In this document: positions 21,949 to 39,116 of the stretch, one piece after another
How the letters are laid out: each line of letters opens with the position of its first letter
How positions within the stretch are numbered: the first letter of the stretch is position 1
NCBI RefSeq assembly: GCF_000981445.1
Contig: NC_027216.1
Coordinates: 62,001 to 126,000, forward strand
DNA length: 64,000 bases
Direction of reading: 5' to 3'
Origin: Babesia bigemina
Taxonomy: Eukaryota
Position numbers and translations under genes: made by a program
Notes under the pieces: model-generated
What the model saw: the letters and a program-made list of their open reading frames with translations, nothing else
What the model was told of the DNA's origin: nothing
Database searches by the model: none

Positions 21949-24900
21949 ATGGTTAGCTGCGACAACTGCGGTGAGATAATCCCCGACAACGGGGAGGGCG
22001 AAGTGACGTGTGGGACATGTGGTGTGGTGCAACAGCTGTACTCTCAAACGGTCGTCGAGGAGTTTTCTGCGTCGTACAGTCAGACCCAGAAGATCGGTCG
22101 ACTGAAGGCGTCGGCGTCACAGCCTGAGGGCCGTTCCGGCGCATCCGGGAGGGGTCAAGACACCCGCGACTTCCAGTACATCGTGGGCATCCAGATGGTG
22201 CTGGACAACCTGTGCAAGATGCTGGTGACGTCGTACGGTTTCTCTAACCAGGTTGAGGTGGAGGCGAAAAACCTGTGGGCGCGTTACCTGTCGTTAGTGG
22301 TGGAGAACGACGTTCCCGTGTCTAACATGTTCTGCGATCCGTTCACCAAGGGGCTGAAGTACAACGTGGACTTGCACTACCTGAAGCGTTCGTTCCAAAT
22401 CCCACCCAATTTCGAAGCCTTCAAACTTCCGCCACGCCTGCACAAGGGTTGGTCTGGCATAGTTCGTACGTGCTTTTAAATCGCGCGCAGTGATTCGCAG
22501 GATGGGCCAGACCAGTTTCGAGTACGCCACTTTGCTGTGCTTCGGCGTCTTGGAGCAGCAGCGAAAACACGACTCAGACGCCAGTCGCGCGGAGGCCGAT
22601 CGTGCTATGGAGCCACCGGCGTCAGATGCACCAGCGGGGGACTCGCGGGCGAACAAAAGGCGTTGCGCGACCGCGTACGACTACAGCGATATCAAGGCGT
22701 TCCTGGAGGGCACTGACATGCCGAGCGTGCTTGAGGACTTCTTCGCGAACGAGGTGGAGCTGCCCCGTTCGCGCCGTTGCAGCCCCACCGGTTTCCCCAT
22801 TAGCATTCTGAACGCTGAGGTGGCGCAGCGTCAGCTTCCGGTGATGCCGTGGCTGCCCAACGTGTACCTCTTCCTGGAGCCGGCCAACCCGTACAGAATC
22901 GCGTACATGGTAAGATGAGAGTCGCGTGTCTCACGTGGTCGCAGATGGAGGCCCTCTACCGCCATGACTTTTTGTGGGTGGTGCTGCACGCTTACCCGAA
23001 CCTCGAGCCCATCCGGGGCTTCGAGCGTTACCTGGGCATGTACGGTCCGGTTGCGAGTGCGGACTTGCCCGCTGCCATCGAGTCCCGGCCTCTGGAACTC
23101 CCGGTCCTCTGTGAGGTCGCTATGGCCCTACGCGTGCCCAACGTAGAAGGTAGGGTGGACTCCCTGTCACGAAACCACCGCCGCCTCCGGATGGAGCTGA
23201 TCAACGACATCTACGTGGCGCTAATGTCGAAGTACTTCGGGAAAACCCGGTACACAAACATGTCCGCGTTCAACATGTCGTGGATCGCTCCCCGAATGGA
23301 CCTGCAGCTGGTCTGCGGCATTTTGTTTGCCGCGTTGGTGAAGTGCCGATACGCCGTGGTTGTGGGCGACATCGTGCGGTGGGTGATCCAGGGTCGCATC
23401 CCGCTGCGCAGCAGCGCGAGCCTGCTGTCTAGCAGCATCCTGCAAGCCGCGTTCCGTGAGGATCAGGTCAGGGCGCCGCGCATGAGGTACGCCCCCAGCA
23501 AGCAGGAGGAGGCAGCGTACAACCTGTTCACCAACACTAACTCGCCGCAGAGCTCGTTTCACCTTGAGATCACGGTCTCGCGCCTAATGGCGTGCGGCGT
23601 GTACGGCGACGGGTGCAGCAGTGCGCAGGGAGAGCCGCCCGCTCGGACGCTGCGATATAATGTGCACGGGCTCTGCCGGCGGCTGGTGCACCACCTTCGC
23701 CTGCCCAGCAACGTGCTGGCGGTGGCCGACCTGGTGATTAACCGGGTGACACAGTGCTCCGAGGAGGAATCGGCGGAAGATGAGCCCCAAGGTGACGATG
23801 CCATCAAAGGCAACATCGGCCGCTTGTTAAGCGTCTACGGCGTCCGCCTCGGCAGGTTCCCATCTCACGTGTTCGCAGCGGCGTGTCTGCTGGCGGCGTG
23901 CCGCATGCTGTGGCCCGTGTTCCACTACAACGCTCCCGCGTACCCCCGGCGCGCAGCTCCGAGTGAGAGCGGCGGCGACAACCCCGCGTCAGACCCCCAG
24001 CCCGACCCAAACGACAACCTGCAGGAAACGCACGTGATCAGGCGGGAGAGGTTTCCGCAGACGATCGAATTCGACAGCACGCGCATGCGCTGGGTCGTGC
24101 GCATTTCGAAGCCAAAGGAAGTTTGTAAGGCCGCCGGACTCCCGACGGAGTCCGGCCCGCTAAAGGAGCAGGATCTGAGCCCGGGCCAGCGCCAGTTCTT
24201 GGAGCAGATAATGCAGAGCATGCGGCGACCCGCGCTCGTGGATGCATTCGGTGTGCCTCAGGCGCCCAGTGCTCCGAAAGCCGTGAGTGCAATTACCGAC
24301 AAAGCTGGGTTGTCGGATCTGGTGCCCGCGGAACCTCCTGCAGCCGACTTTTTGGAGCCCCCTGACGGCATATCGCACCACACGTCCGGGACCGAGTTCT
24401 TCTTCGATGCACGTGATCGCGGCTACGCCAGGGCCGGCACGTGCGCGCTGCTGTGGCTGTTGCACCACCGTCCCACGGAGGCCGTGAGGGCCCTGTCGGA
24501 ATACCACACCGCGTGTGACACGAGGCTGCTGCGCCGCATCGCGGCTGACCATGCGCTGCGCGTCAAATCGTCACTGCTGACGAAGAACGTCATCCGTCTG
24601 TACCTCGGTGCCGTCAACCCGGTGGGCCGCGACGAACGCATAGCGTCTGCTTTGAGGGACGTTTACTATCGCAACCTGTGGATTAACATGGCGGGTATTT
24701 GGAGCGGCTCAGTGGCAAGCTGTTTCGGGCTACGGGAAGAGGACTACACCGCGCCCGGCGCCATCGACTCCGACGACGATGATGAGCAGGAGGAGTCGTC
24801 GTTGGCCCTGGAGATTCGGCGTAAAGTTGTGGCGGAGGACGTCGAGCGCGTTCAGTCGTTGCTGCTCCCGTGTCTGGAGGCTGATGAGGACATGGCCAAG

Positions 24901-25525
24901 CTGAAGTCCGCGCTCCCCCGTAATCACCAGGTTTTCTACACGGTGACTGAGCTGTTCAGCAGCTACCCGTACTACTCAGGGTGGTCTCCGGAGAAGTCGC
25001 TGGAGCTGGAGAACTACCGTCAGCTGGTGAGCAACCAGCGCGATCAGGTGCTGGGTGCGGTGCAGGAGATGCTGGCGACGCAGGTCATCGAGGAGCAAAA
25101 CGAGACGTGGAGGCAGATGTCCGACGCCTTGGAGTCCGAGCTGCAGTTAGAGGGCGTCAGCACAATGGAGTGGCCCGACGTGCTGCAAGAGGTCGACAGC
25201 GCGATCCCGCCAGAGCTAAACCTGCCCGGCTTCGAGGCCGATTACCGCAGAGCGATGAGGTCGATGCTGCCACAGTTCCAGGACATGGGTACGGTGACGG
25301 CGGCGGGTGCCATGCTGCCGCACCACCCGTGGCGCAACTACGTGTCTCTTAAGAGTAAGTTGCTGCAAGCTGAGCGCCAACGTGTTTGCAGACGATGTTT
25401 CCGTGGCCTACGTACTGACGCTGAAGTGCGCTGCTAACTTCATTGGCGTGCCTCACCCGCTGGTTCACTCCTGCGTGCGGCACATAGAGAAAGTATTGAT
25501 TAAGAGCCACGTGTCAAACAGTTAG
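21949..25525 (+). CDS. TAF1B/Rrn7-like RNA polymerase I initiation factor (TFIIB-related), 4 exons
   Basis: N-terminal Zn ribbon CDNC...CGTCG; cyclin-fold signatures GIQMVLDNLCKMLVTSYGFSNQVEVEAKNLWARYL and LVCGILFAALVKCRYAVVVGDIVRWVIQGRIP; C-terminal YVLTLKCAANFIGV...VRHIEKVL; introns near 22467-22500, 22910-22944 and 25355-25392. Confidence 0.72.
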
Positions 25526-28500
25526 CTTGCGGGACTGCGGCGGCTGCAGCAGCTGCTGCACGCACTTGAACACGTAGATGGGCAACCATCCCGTGAGCGT
25601 GATGACGATGACCCTCCACACGAAGGCCGTGGTTGCGATGAATGCGAAGTCGAAGTAGTTGCGCAGGATGAGAATGGAGTAGAAGTATACTACAGCGGTG
25701 CATATCATGCTGACCATCGTGAGCGGGTGGCACGTGTGCAGCTCTGCGTATATGTTTAGCAGCTCCAGCGCGAACAGCGAGGTGCATGCGACCGACACGA
25801 GGCTCAGCATCGAGTTTTCGAATAGGATGATTGCGCCCAGCATGAGGATCGCGCCCTGGAAAACCGAGATCCAGACCCAAATGAGGAACGTCTTCACCGA
25901 CATCACGCGCCCCGTGTGCAGCGTCTGGTAGAGCTCGGGGAAGAGGAACACCACCGACTCCTCGATTTCGTAGTCGAGCACCAAACTGTAGAGCGGCAGC
26001 ATGGTGTAGTATGTGGAGAAGCCGATCTGGAGCCACCCCTGGAAGAACGCCAGTGGCATGTAGAAGTACATGGCCGAGAATAGCGCCTGCATGACTGCGA
26101 TAATCATTCCCCTGTGTATGATGAAGTGCGTGAGCGAGGCCGAGCTCTTGTAGCTGTTGCGTCCGTGCCACAGTATGATCCGCTTTATGTAGTGGAAGCG
26201 GTGGATTGAGTAGTCCGCCGAGAGGCTCGCCTGCAGCCCCTCCTTGCCCACGATGCCGATTCCGACGTCCGCCTCCGTGATCATGGGCACGTCGTTGTCT
26301 CCGTCTCCGATTGCGCATGTGCGCTTTCCGGTGTACTGCTTGATGAGCCGCACGAGCTCCGCCTTGATGAATGGGGTGCAGCGGCAGCAGAGCACCGCTG
26401 GCGCCATGGTTGCGACCATGATGAAAAACTTTGAGAACTCCTTTATGCTGGTGGCGACTACCGTGCCATCCACCACCAACATGGTTGACGTCGGCCCCAT
26501 GGAGAAGTTTTCGAGCTTCTGCTTGATGTCGTCTTTGTCCTTGGTGTTCTCCGAGGTGATCTGGCAGAGCGAGTGGCTCTTGTCCTTGATGCCTGCGGAT
26601 ATTGCGATGCATTTGGCCGTGTCCACCTTGTCACCCGTCAACATCCATATCTTGATGCCTGCGTCCCGCAGTGCCTCCAGCGTGCTCCTCACATGGGGCT
26701 GCAGGTTGTCCTGAACTCCGCTGAGCGCGACCAGGATGAGGTCACGCTCGATCGTTGCGATGACCCGCTTAATCATCTCCTCCCTGTCGTTCAAGCTGAG
26801 CTGCGCGTGGCGATAGCGCGACTCGAATGCCGAGAATTCCGCGTCGGACAGATGTCGATAACCGAATACGAGCGTGCGCAGCCCAAGGCGAGCCATGTTG
26901 TCGCACTCCTCGCTCAGCCATACGGAACCACGCGGCTGCAGGAGCTTTATGAGCGCCGATTCCGCGCCCTTGCAGAAAAAGAACTTCATTTTGGTTTCTT
27001 CGTCCTCGACTATGATTCCCATCCTCTTGGTCTCCGAGCTGAAGGGGAAGACCATCAAAATCTTGTACGTGAGGAGGATGCATCCTCGCACGCGTAGAAC
27101 CATCCTGGTCTCATCACGCTCCCTCAGCTCCACATTGCACATGCGCGCGAATGTGACCATGGCGATTTCGTCCGGCGACGACGCCTGGAAGTCCAGCTTG
27201 TCGTCCTTGTCGGCGATGGGTGTGACCGAGTGGCATATCGCCAGTGACAGTATCGCCAACGAGAGCTTCGTCTGCATCTCGCTAGTCTGTGAGACCTTGG
27301 TATGCGGTATGTATATTGCCGATTTCCTGGCGGCCTTGGCTGTTGCGGCCTGATTGGTGGTGGCATGCCCCGAAGCAGCGGATTCCAGCGTGGACCCAAC
27401 CCTTGACGCCCGCATCGACGAGCGCGATTTGCTAGCCTCCTCACTATATGTGAGGGCTTCCGACACCTCAGGCTGGCTGCTCACGTATTCCATGAAGTGC
27501 TTGTCCACCAGCTGTCGGATGGTGTCCAGGTCATCCAGCTGGAAGAGCGCCCTTCCAATATGTATGCGGTCCAGGTTCATCACGTTCTGCGTGAGTGTAC
27601 CGGTCTTGTCGGACAACAGGTATTCGATCCGCCCCAGCTCCTCGGGTATCAGCGTGGTCCTCGGGACCGTTCCTGGTATCTCGTTGTCCAGTGCCATCGC
27701 CCTCGAGTAGGTAAACTTCGCGATATCCAGGTTGATACGCAACGAGATGGGTATGATGGTCGAGAATAGGAGCAGGAACTTGATGAGCGAAATGTACCAC
27801 CTGCCGACGAACCCTCCCGGTATCACCATTGCAACAGACATGCACAGCAGTATGAAGAAGAGCACCTTGGTCATGAGGTTGACCTCCCAGTCGAAACAGC
27901 CTATTTTGTATCGCGCACGTCGTGCATTGAGGGACGCCCTGACGTCCTTTCCGATGTATATCACCAGGCCATACAACGTCCCGGCCGCGACGATGGTGTT
28001 CATCCAGAGCGCGTTGTCCACTGTCAGGGGCTCCACGACAACGTCCATGTCAGAATCGCCATCCGCGGCCTGCGTCTCACCCATATTGCCCTGGGACGGT
28101 ATAGAGAACGAGTTGTAGAGGCTGCGCGGGTCGTCCGCCGTGGTGTGTTCGTCCTTGGAGGACGACATGCTCTGGCGTATGGCCTCGCTTCTGAGGTCCC
28201 TGGATAAACTCGGAATCGCATTTTTGGTGAGCAGCTCGCCGTCGCGGTAGAATGTAATCTTGCCGTAGAAGGAATAAATTTCCTGTCGCGGCGGTTCGCA
28301 GCAACAGACGGCATTGAGCTTCACGATGTCTTCCGCCGATTGCAGGCGCTGCGTGACGTGCACTGCCTTCTTGAGCTTCCAGTCCGTCTCGCCGTCCAGC
28401 TGGTCTGTTCTGATGAAGCTGCTGCCGTTTGCCTCCGATGAGCGCAGCAGAATCATGTCTGCCGGTACGCGCTGGTTTTTACTCAACTTGACGATTGAAC

Positions 28501-29086
28501 CAACGGTGATATTTTCCGCGTTTATTTCCTTGATCCCTTCGTTTGTGAGTATTTCGTACTTCTGCGAGTTTGCCTCCCTGTCACGCAGATAGCGCTTGTA
28601 GTCGTCGCATCCCTCCTTGAGCAGCGCTACGAATAGCACCAAGGCCAGTGGCCCGAAGTACGTGATCGCCGATTCTACTGCCAGGTCCGGAATCAGCTGT
28701 GAGAGGCTGATGAGCAGGTAGAAGAGGTTCATGAAGACCCTGCGGAAAATGTGCGGGCGGGACACGGGGCACCTACTTGAACTGCTCGAAAAGCACGTAC
28801 GGCAGGAAGGTCAGCACGTTGTACTTTGTGTTCTTTATGCCGTTCCATACTGCGCGTGATGATCTGCGTGCGTCTATTGCCTACCGAAGCTGCGTGGTAT
28901 GCTTCCTCCTCGGATGGAGACGTAGCGAAGCCCCGGCATGAGCCGGTTGTTGAATCGCGTTGCGATAAGGAAGCGTACGCGGTCCATGAACGTGACGGGC
29001 TTGCTTAGTTCCTCGAGTACCCATCTCTCGTCCGTGGCGTCGGCCGCGCCGCGCTCTCCGGCGGTCGGCTCCTCTACGTTCGCCAT
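25514..29086 (-). CDS. P4-type ATPase phospholipid flippase, class II (ATP9/NEO1-like); short 5' introns
   Basis: TDQLDGETDWKLK, IIPISLRINLD, phosphorylation site DKTGTLT, LTGDK, GDGDND, GIVGKEGLQASLSAD; N-terminal KNTKYNVLTFLP in an upstream exon. Confidence 0.95.
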
Positions 29087-30002
29087 GTGTAAGCCTTGAG
29101 CCTGCAGCTTCAAATATTGCAGTGGGCCATCTTGCCGCACCGCCTCAGTTCATACCTGCACGTCGCCTTGGCCAGGTCACGCTTGCATGGCCACGTTCCT
29201 CGGCAGCGGACTCCGCGGAAGTGTACGCCTCGTGCAGCACCCGAACTCCGATTGGAATAACGGTGCCACAGTCAAATGTGCGGAATAACAAATCCTCACA
29301 GTTACGCGTTATTCGTGCGGCACTGCTGCGGTTTAACATGCGATGTGCATAACTGCGAGCTCCCACTTCACAGGCGTACGTGGCAGGGGACGGTCGCGTG
29401 ACTTGTGACCGGCAGCAAAATCGCCTATCCAAAAACTAGTGAATGCCACCGGTGAAATAAGTATTAGTGTGTATCAACCGACAAATCTTACGATGCGTTG
29501 ACGCGTCATTTGCCAGGTTCGCCTGGCTCACTGACGCAACGTCGCGCCGTATGCACATGTGGCCATCTTCCATTTGACTATAGCGCCAAATTGCTGTTGA
29601 AATCTCACATTTGCGCGTGTGTGTCAGGGTTGCTATATGTAACGCAGCGGCTCGTGGTTGAGACACGCAACGTCACGAATGCAGGGTGACTACAGTGCCC
29701 GCAAACTTATCCGCAGCGGTTCCTTCCCTCATCATTTCATGGTGACCACACTTGGCACGATTCAATAACTGTTAAAAGTATGCGTTTTGGTCGCTTTTGT
29801 TGATTTGGCTGTCCAATCGACCTGCCGTCGATGTGTGGAATCTCGGGGGGCGGAATGACCGCCACGGCTGAGATTCCACGCCACTAATCTAATAGGCACG
29901 TAATATTTTGACAGCCAATTGTAATAAGTGGCAATGTGTATAAGAGGTGTTGCCGTCATGTATGCCTGCGAAGGCAGACGGTCGTATGCGTCGCCGGGGT
30001 AG

Positions 30003-33361
<3,359 letters not shown>

Positions 33362-34393
33362 CATTTGACTCACCGCGCTCCATCGTCACTCCTGCAGCTC
33401 CTCAGCTGGAATCCAGTCGTGTACAACGGCTGGAGCGGCAACCAAGAGTCGCAGCGCCCGACGGAAGCAAACACGGATCACACCCGTCTGAATAATTGCA
33501 TAAGCATTTGACCAAGCGACGCGGATTCATTAGGAAACGCTTGATGGACGCCTTTTTTTATAAATGACTGTGAATGCAGAACGTTTCGGTTGCGTGCCCC
33601 GGTGATTCTACTATCCGTGTCTAGACCCGCAGCACCAATGGAGCTGGAGAGTTGCAATCATCCCCTTTTCTGGCCTGTGAGGCCATATGTGACGCTACAG
33701 GTGCCATCCTAATACATGTCCTACATGGTGCGACACTTTAAGTCAACCGACGAGTGGCATCGGAGCGCATTTGGCGTTGCCGTGCCTCGAGGAGTGCTCA
33801 GCAGCAACATTCTGTAATCGTGTCCGCTAAAATTTTGATGTGAGTTATAGTGTATTCACGCATCGCAGTAATATACCATGAAATAGATCTAGTTTAGCCT
33901 CTTGGGAATATTTGCCATCGACCATCCATGCGGTGGTCGAACGCATAATAATGGTCAAGCCGACGACAGCAGCTGTAGCACTCCAGAGCCCGTTAATAAT
34001 GCGCTCATAGCTGTTTTCTCGTCCCGTCATTAAGTTGAATTGCACGTGTATTTAATTTTTGCTCAGGGGCAGCAGTAAAATTACGCATAGACGGAAAACG
34101 GCTGCTGCAAAGAATATTTCCGCTGCTGAGACCTGCGCCTAAAAATTCATCACAACACGTGATCAGTCTATTTACGATACAACTGAGATCACAAAACACT
34201 CTACATCTGACGGAAAATTTTGCACAGTTCATAGATACCAATAACACTACTCCAGCATTTTTTTTCGTTGCTGCAACATCGACCACCGCTACGACCGCTA
34301 GTATTTGGTAATGCCATGAGATACAGCAAGATATCCGGGTCGTAATTTGCGTTGTCAACAGTCAACTTACGTGTTGTTTACTTGCTATCAAAG

Positions 34394-35248
34394 ATGGCGT
34401 CTATCCGCTACGGTGGACGGCTAGGACTTGCATACATGGTCTGCTTCTGCCTGGCTGTAACAAACGGCTTGCCTGCCAAAGATCACTTTGTTTATGTTGT
34501 GTCAGATATTGCAGAAGGCAGTGTTCACTACAGAAAGAATATTGAAAGCGTACTTCGCGATGGCGCAACGCTTTCTGTTCTGAACACAATTTTAGACACT
34601 GTCAAACGGATTGATAAGGCTCTCAATGGCCCTGTGTTTAATGAACGCAAGGTTTTGAGTCTAATTAAAGCCCTTTTACCGCCAGTGGATGATTTTAGCT
34701 CTGCGATTTCTACCTGGTACGATCAATGGCCCCAAATTCTTGAACTTTTCGAGGGCGCAATGAGGACATACAAACGCTACCACGAAATAGATGCCAGCCT
34801 GAAGGACCTAGATGCGATGGGGCCCAAGAGATCAGAGTTAACACGTGAGAAGGTGAAACTGGAATTTGAGTTTCTGCGGTTCGCACCTATCATTGATCTT
34901 TACATTACGTTTAGGTTTGACCTAACAGCACCTATTTTAGTGCACCTCATTGATGATATCGAACGAGCGTTTACCTTCCCCACTCCCTTAGAGAGGCCTT
35001 CTTGGAGTCTCAGCAATATACCGAGCACAGAAACAAAGGACGCGTCGTTATCACCGGGGGCAACTAACCTGCAATCATCCACGACTGACGAAATGGGGCC
35101 ACGCAATGCTGGAACTGAATCGTATAAATGGAGCACATTCGGCAACGTACGCGAGAGAAGGAACGCCAGGAATCCTTCGGGAGCTGCGGCCTTCAGTCTA
35201 GGGGCCATCGTAACCATGACGGCGGCTACTGTAACGGCCGCCCTCTGA
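34394..35248 (+). CDS. Predicted GPI-anchored surface protein (merozoite surface antigen-like architecture)
   Basis: N-terminal hydrophobic leader (LGLAYMVCFCLAVTNG), helical core, Ser/Thr/Pro linker and C-terminal small residues plus hydrophobic tail (PSGAAAFSLGAIVTMTAATVTAAL*). Confidence 0.7.
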   Translation: MASIRYGGRLGLAYMVCFCLAVTNGLPAKDHFVYVVSDIAEGSVHYRKNIESVLRDGATLSVLNTILDTVKRIDKALNGPVFNERKVLSLIKALLPPVDDFSSAISTWYDQWPQILELFEGAMRTYKRYHEIDASLKDLDAMGPKRSELTREKVKLEFEFLRFAPIIDLYITFRFDLTAPILVHLIDDIERAFTFPTPLERPSWSLSNIPSTETKDASLSPGATNLQSSTTDEMGPRNAGTESYKWSTFGNVRERRNARNPSGAAAFSLGAIVTMTAATVTAAL

Positions 35249-36323
35249 GTTACAGTTGCGCAAAACACAAATTGCGCAGTTCTCAAACTTGAAGTGAGAT
35301 AACACAGTGTAGAACAGCAGCGCATACAACTTACGTAACAAATATCCCTTTATGTATTGCATTTTCAATTGGATATTATATGACATTTAGTTGCTGGTTA
35401 AGAATTGTGTCGCCGGTGAGTACATACGACTGTTGCACAGTTGTGTGCTTCGTATGTCCGCCCTGCTGTCGCCGACTGTTCGCTAAGCATCGCCTATACC
35501 TCATACGAGCGCATCGTTACCCGTCGAAATGTTGCATCATCCCACTTGCGGTAACAGTGCACGACAGTCACTTCTTGACGTGATCACGCCACAAAAAACC
35601 GTGGAGTGGAAGATTCCAAACAGCGTTTACCATGCGGTGTTATAACCATCCCCTCTTAGTGAGACAGATGGCCGCTTTCAACGATGCGTGTTGGTTGAAA
35701 GCCGGCTCCTCTAAAATTTTATTCACGACCTGCTCATTTTCGCCCATTGTGTGTCGCCATGAGGTTGCCCTGCTTGGTCATTCCCATCTCCACGGTGGTG
35801 ACGATGCTATCCAGACGTGCTTATTCTATGTTAGGTCGTCCGTTTGCACAAAGCGCTAGCCATCCATGCTTTTCACACACTAAACTGTCGATTGTTTTTC
35901 AGCAACAATATTTTCCTGCTGATGGGAGCGCCTAGTTACGCTGCTGCTCACAGTTCATGGGAAAGCCTTTATAACATCTACAGCTCGACGTGCACCAACT
36001 CCACGGCCCAATTCGTCTCAGTAGAGGAGACCTAACAGCGCATTCATGCCACTAGTAAACCCCTATAGTAAGATGTATGCAATTAAGTAAAGATTTATCA
36101 TTACCTGCTACTAGTTCATATTATGATAAATCGTTCCGCCGCCATACGCGACAAGCGCAGACCCGCCGCTGCCGAGCTATATTCCACACTGCACCACCCA
36201 TCGATGCGCGTAACATGAAACGCAGTTGTTTAAAAACCTGTTGACAGTTCGCATGTGAGTTAGCTGATGGAATTTGAACCTGACATAATCTACGATTAAG
36301 CGCATTGCCATATAAGCAAGTGC

Positions 36324-37133
36324 CTAGAATAGCGGCAATAGTACCGAGTTGAAGAACGATGCCAGAGTATCCGCAATGGTGGCCATGGCAGGGGCGGCCG
36401 CACCTGTCGTCGCTATGTACGCCACACTGCCTCCGGCAATACCAGCCATAGACATACGCAATAGCAAGTTGCCTATGCCCTTGCCTTCTTTGGCATCATC
36501 AAGGGCAAGCATGACAAAGAGAGGAGAACCTTCCGTCAGCAGTTGATCCAATTCCTTTAGGAGATCCTTGCCGGTTTTACCGGAAGCTTTGAGGCAACCT
36601 TCATTGAATCCCATTTTGATAGGGCACTCCGAGCACTTGCGCGCCGCCGTGCAATCAACCGTCTTACACTTGGGATCGAGATCTAGCATAAACTTGTATA
36701 GGTCACTTTTGTTCTCCTTGTTCCCTTCAACCGTATACGTCTGGTTGCTCCATTCTCCACCTTCGCGGCACTTTTGCCTCAAGAATGTCATTCTGTCGTT
36801 GAGTGACTTGAGGTAGTGGTTAAACCAAGGGAAGAACTCAGCCTTATGAGCTGTAGGATATTCAAATTTGGCGATGTCGTGTTTGCAATTGTAGCAATAT
36901 CCGTAGGGGTTTCCTTGGATCGCGCGCAAAATCTCCGAGCATTGTATTGCGAGCTCGTCAACAAACTGTTCCCACCTCTTCTTCGGCGTCTGAATCTTGT
37001 ATTTCTCGCAAATAGCGTGAATCTCATTCACCAGATTAGTCTTGTGAGGCTCCTGCTTCAGACCGTAGACCCAGATGAGAATGTCACGGACGGTCTCCGG
37101 CGACTGCAACCTGTCAGTAGATGTCGCAGCCAT
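36324..37133 (-). CDS. Short ves/VESA-related variant-family protein with C-terminal hydrophobic segment
   Basis: Motifs recalling Babesia ves-like proteins (SPETVRDILIW, FLRQKC..GGEW, SDLYKFM, Cys cluster then CPIKMGF, KTGKDL) and C-terminal MAGIAGGSVAYIA; family assignment is from memory. Confidence 0.55.
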   Translation of the reverse strand: MAATSTDRLQSPETVRDILIWVYGLKQEPHKTNLVNEIHAICEKYKIQTPKKRWEQFVDELAIQCSEILRAIQGNPYGYCYNCKHDIAKFEYPTAHKAEFFPWFNHYLKSLNDRMTFLRQKCREGGEWSNQTYTVEGNKENKSDLYKFMLDLDPKCKTVDCTAARKCSECPIKMGFNEGCLKASGKTGKDLLKELDQLLTEGSPLFVMLALDDAKEGKGIGNLLLRMSMAGIAGGSVAYIATTGAAAPAMATIADTLASFFNSVLLPLF

Positions 37134-39116
37134 AGTTTATAAAATATATGAGCGCAATTGATTTTCTTAGCACGTTCCGGGTTTTAATATCCAGGTTAAG
37201 GGCGATCGGTAGATGCCTTCAGCTTCCTTTGTTACGGTAGCCAACGCTTGAAAGCTGAACCTGTCGAATCTGGCCTATAGAACCAAGGCCATCATAAAAG
37301 GGTCCTGACACAAATTGTCGAATTGATTTGCGAGCTTTACAGCCGCAAGGCCAGCAGTAACAATGCTTATATTCCCAGGTCGCACCGCAGCCGCGTCACT
37401 GTGCACCGATTAGATAGAATCCGCGCAACGGCCAGCGCTACAACACAGTGTAGCTTCCGTGTATAAATTAAACCAAAAACGAATAAAGGCGGTAGCGCGC
37501 GGTAGAGAGCGCAGACACGTGTCGCGACGTCGTATATCAGCACATGCATGTAAATGCTGGATGGGTGTTGTGCCACTCAAACACATCCGCCAGTAGCCAA
37601 TTAAGCGATGAACGCTGTGTGAAAGCATATTCTATTAACGGACGCTCTGACGAGCAATTTGGTCCGTTATGTTGCTGGTTTAGTTTTCTTTGTGCTGTAC
37701 ATTAAGACTCGTGTGCCCAAATGAAACGCTGTTATTGTGGGAGGATGGGCATGACATGTAGCGTGATCTACATTGATAGATAAATCGTTGCGAATATTTT
37801 AAATCGGTTGGTAACGTGTTTGCGTATTATGACGGGGCACCGTTATACGGTTATAAGGCGCGTAAGCGCGCGACTTTTCTGCCGGCTCAATGCAACGTCA
37901 CAGCACGGTTTTCGCCGCTCTAAGCCTTCAATACTTCACGATGATCTGTGACACATACGTTGTGACGCAGTATTCTCAGCATACGCCTCGGGTGTTGCGA
38001 CGGTGCCGCTGAGGCGGTAACCTGTTATCCACTTTTTTGCATCTTATGCTGTACCGTGTGGCAGCTTGGTCTGTAACGGTGTGTCTTTTGCAGGGCTACT
38101 GTCTTACGCAGATGGTGCAGACTGCGTGTTCCACAAGTTGTTACCGAACGTTTTGGTCTATTCTTTTGTACGGAGCGCGTGTCATTCAAAGGGTGGTAAC
38201 CTCTGCGTTGCACGTACCTCATCACCTACGTAGTCACCTTGAAACCTGTTTGCTGGCTGAGCACCATTCTTTTCATCATGTTCACCAGGTCACAGCGTTG
38301 TTCCTCTTGAATGCATCCGTCTCGACAAAACATTGTTCTGGTTTATAGTCGCAGTATCCTCGCCGTTATCGCTTTCCCCCAATATCGGCTACTATCACGT
38401 ATGGTCTGTTTTCTTCACTGATTTGATGATGGAGCTTCACTCCGGGATAACAGCGAGGCATAGACCACTTATTTTGTTAGAGCATGCGTAGAGGGTCCTA
38501 CCTGTGTTATAGGATAGATCACGACGTGGTACATAGCAGCTGTACTTGTTGATCGTTTACATCTAGTGTGTTACGAAAAGTCGTAGGTATGGCTCTCTAG
38601 ATGCGGGTACTGACATTCATGGCCACCGTCGTGATAAGCCCCGAAGTCGTAACTCCGGACTGCACCCCAGCAGAGGTTTTGAGGGTCCCTGCAAACATGG
38701 CTACCCACTTATTCGTTACCCCTAAAGGGTTGCAGCGCGAGTGGGCACAATGCCAGTCTGAGTCGGGTATTCACATTCCTCACAGTTTGAGTGGAAGTGA
38801 CTGTAATTTGATGGAGATTATGCTGGCACCATAACCAGTGATAGTTTAGTTAACCGTGATTAGCAAGAACGTGCTGGAGCAGTCAGCACTGAAAGCACGC
38901 TTAAGAGAGCGCACCTTGAGAGCAGCCGGGTTGTGTATCTCTACCTGAAGACGGTACTTAGAGGTTCAGGTGCACTGCTAATTTTTCTCCGCGGCAGTGC
39001 TTTTGAATCCGTCACGTGCAAGATGGCGGCGTCAGCAGCAGAGAATGAACAAACCTATCAGGCAGTGAGTGATTCTACGGGCTGCAATAGTCATGTGAAA
39101 CACGACGAGGATGGGA

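Noticed and set aside
38630..38650. GGGGCTTA on the minus strand resembling the RNase MRP CR-V element
   Set aside because: No matching upstream GAAAGTCCCC-type CR-I strand to form P4.
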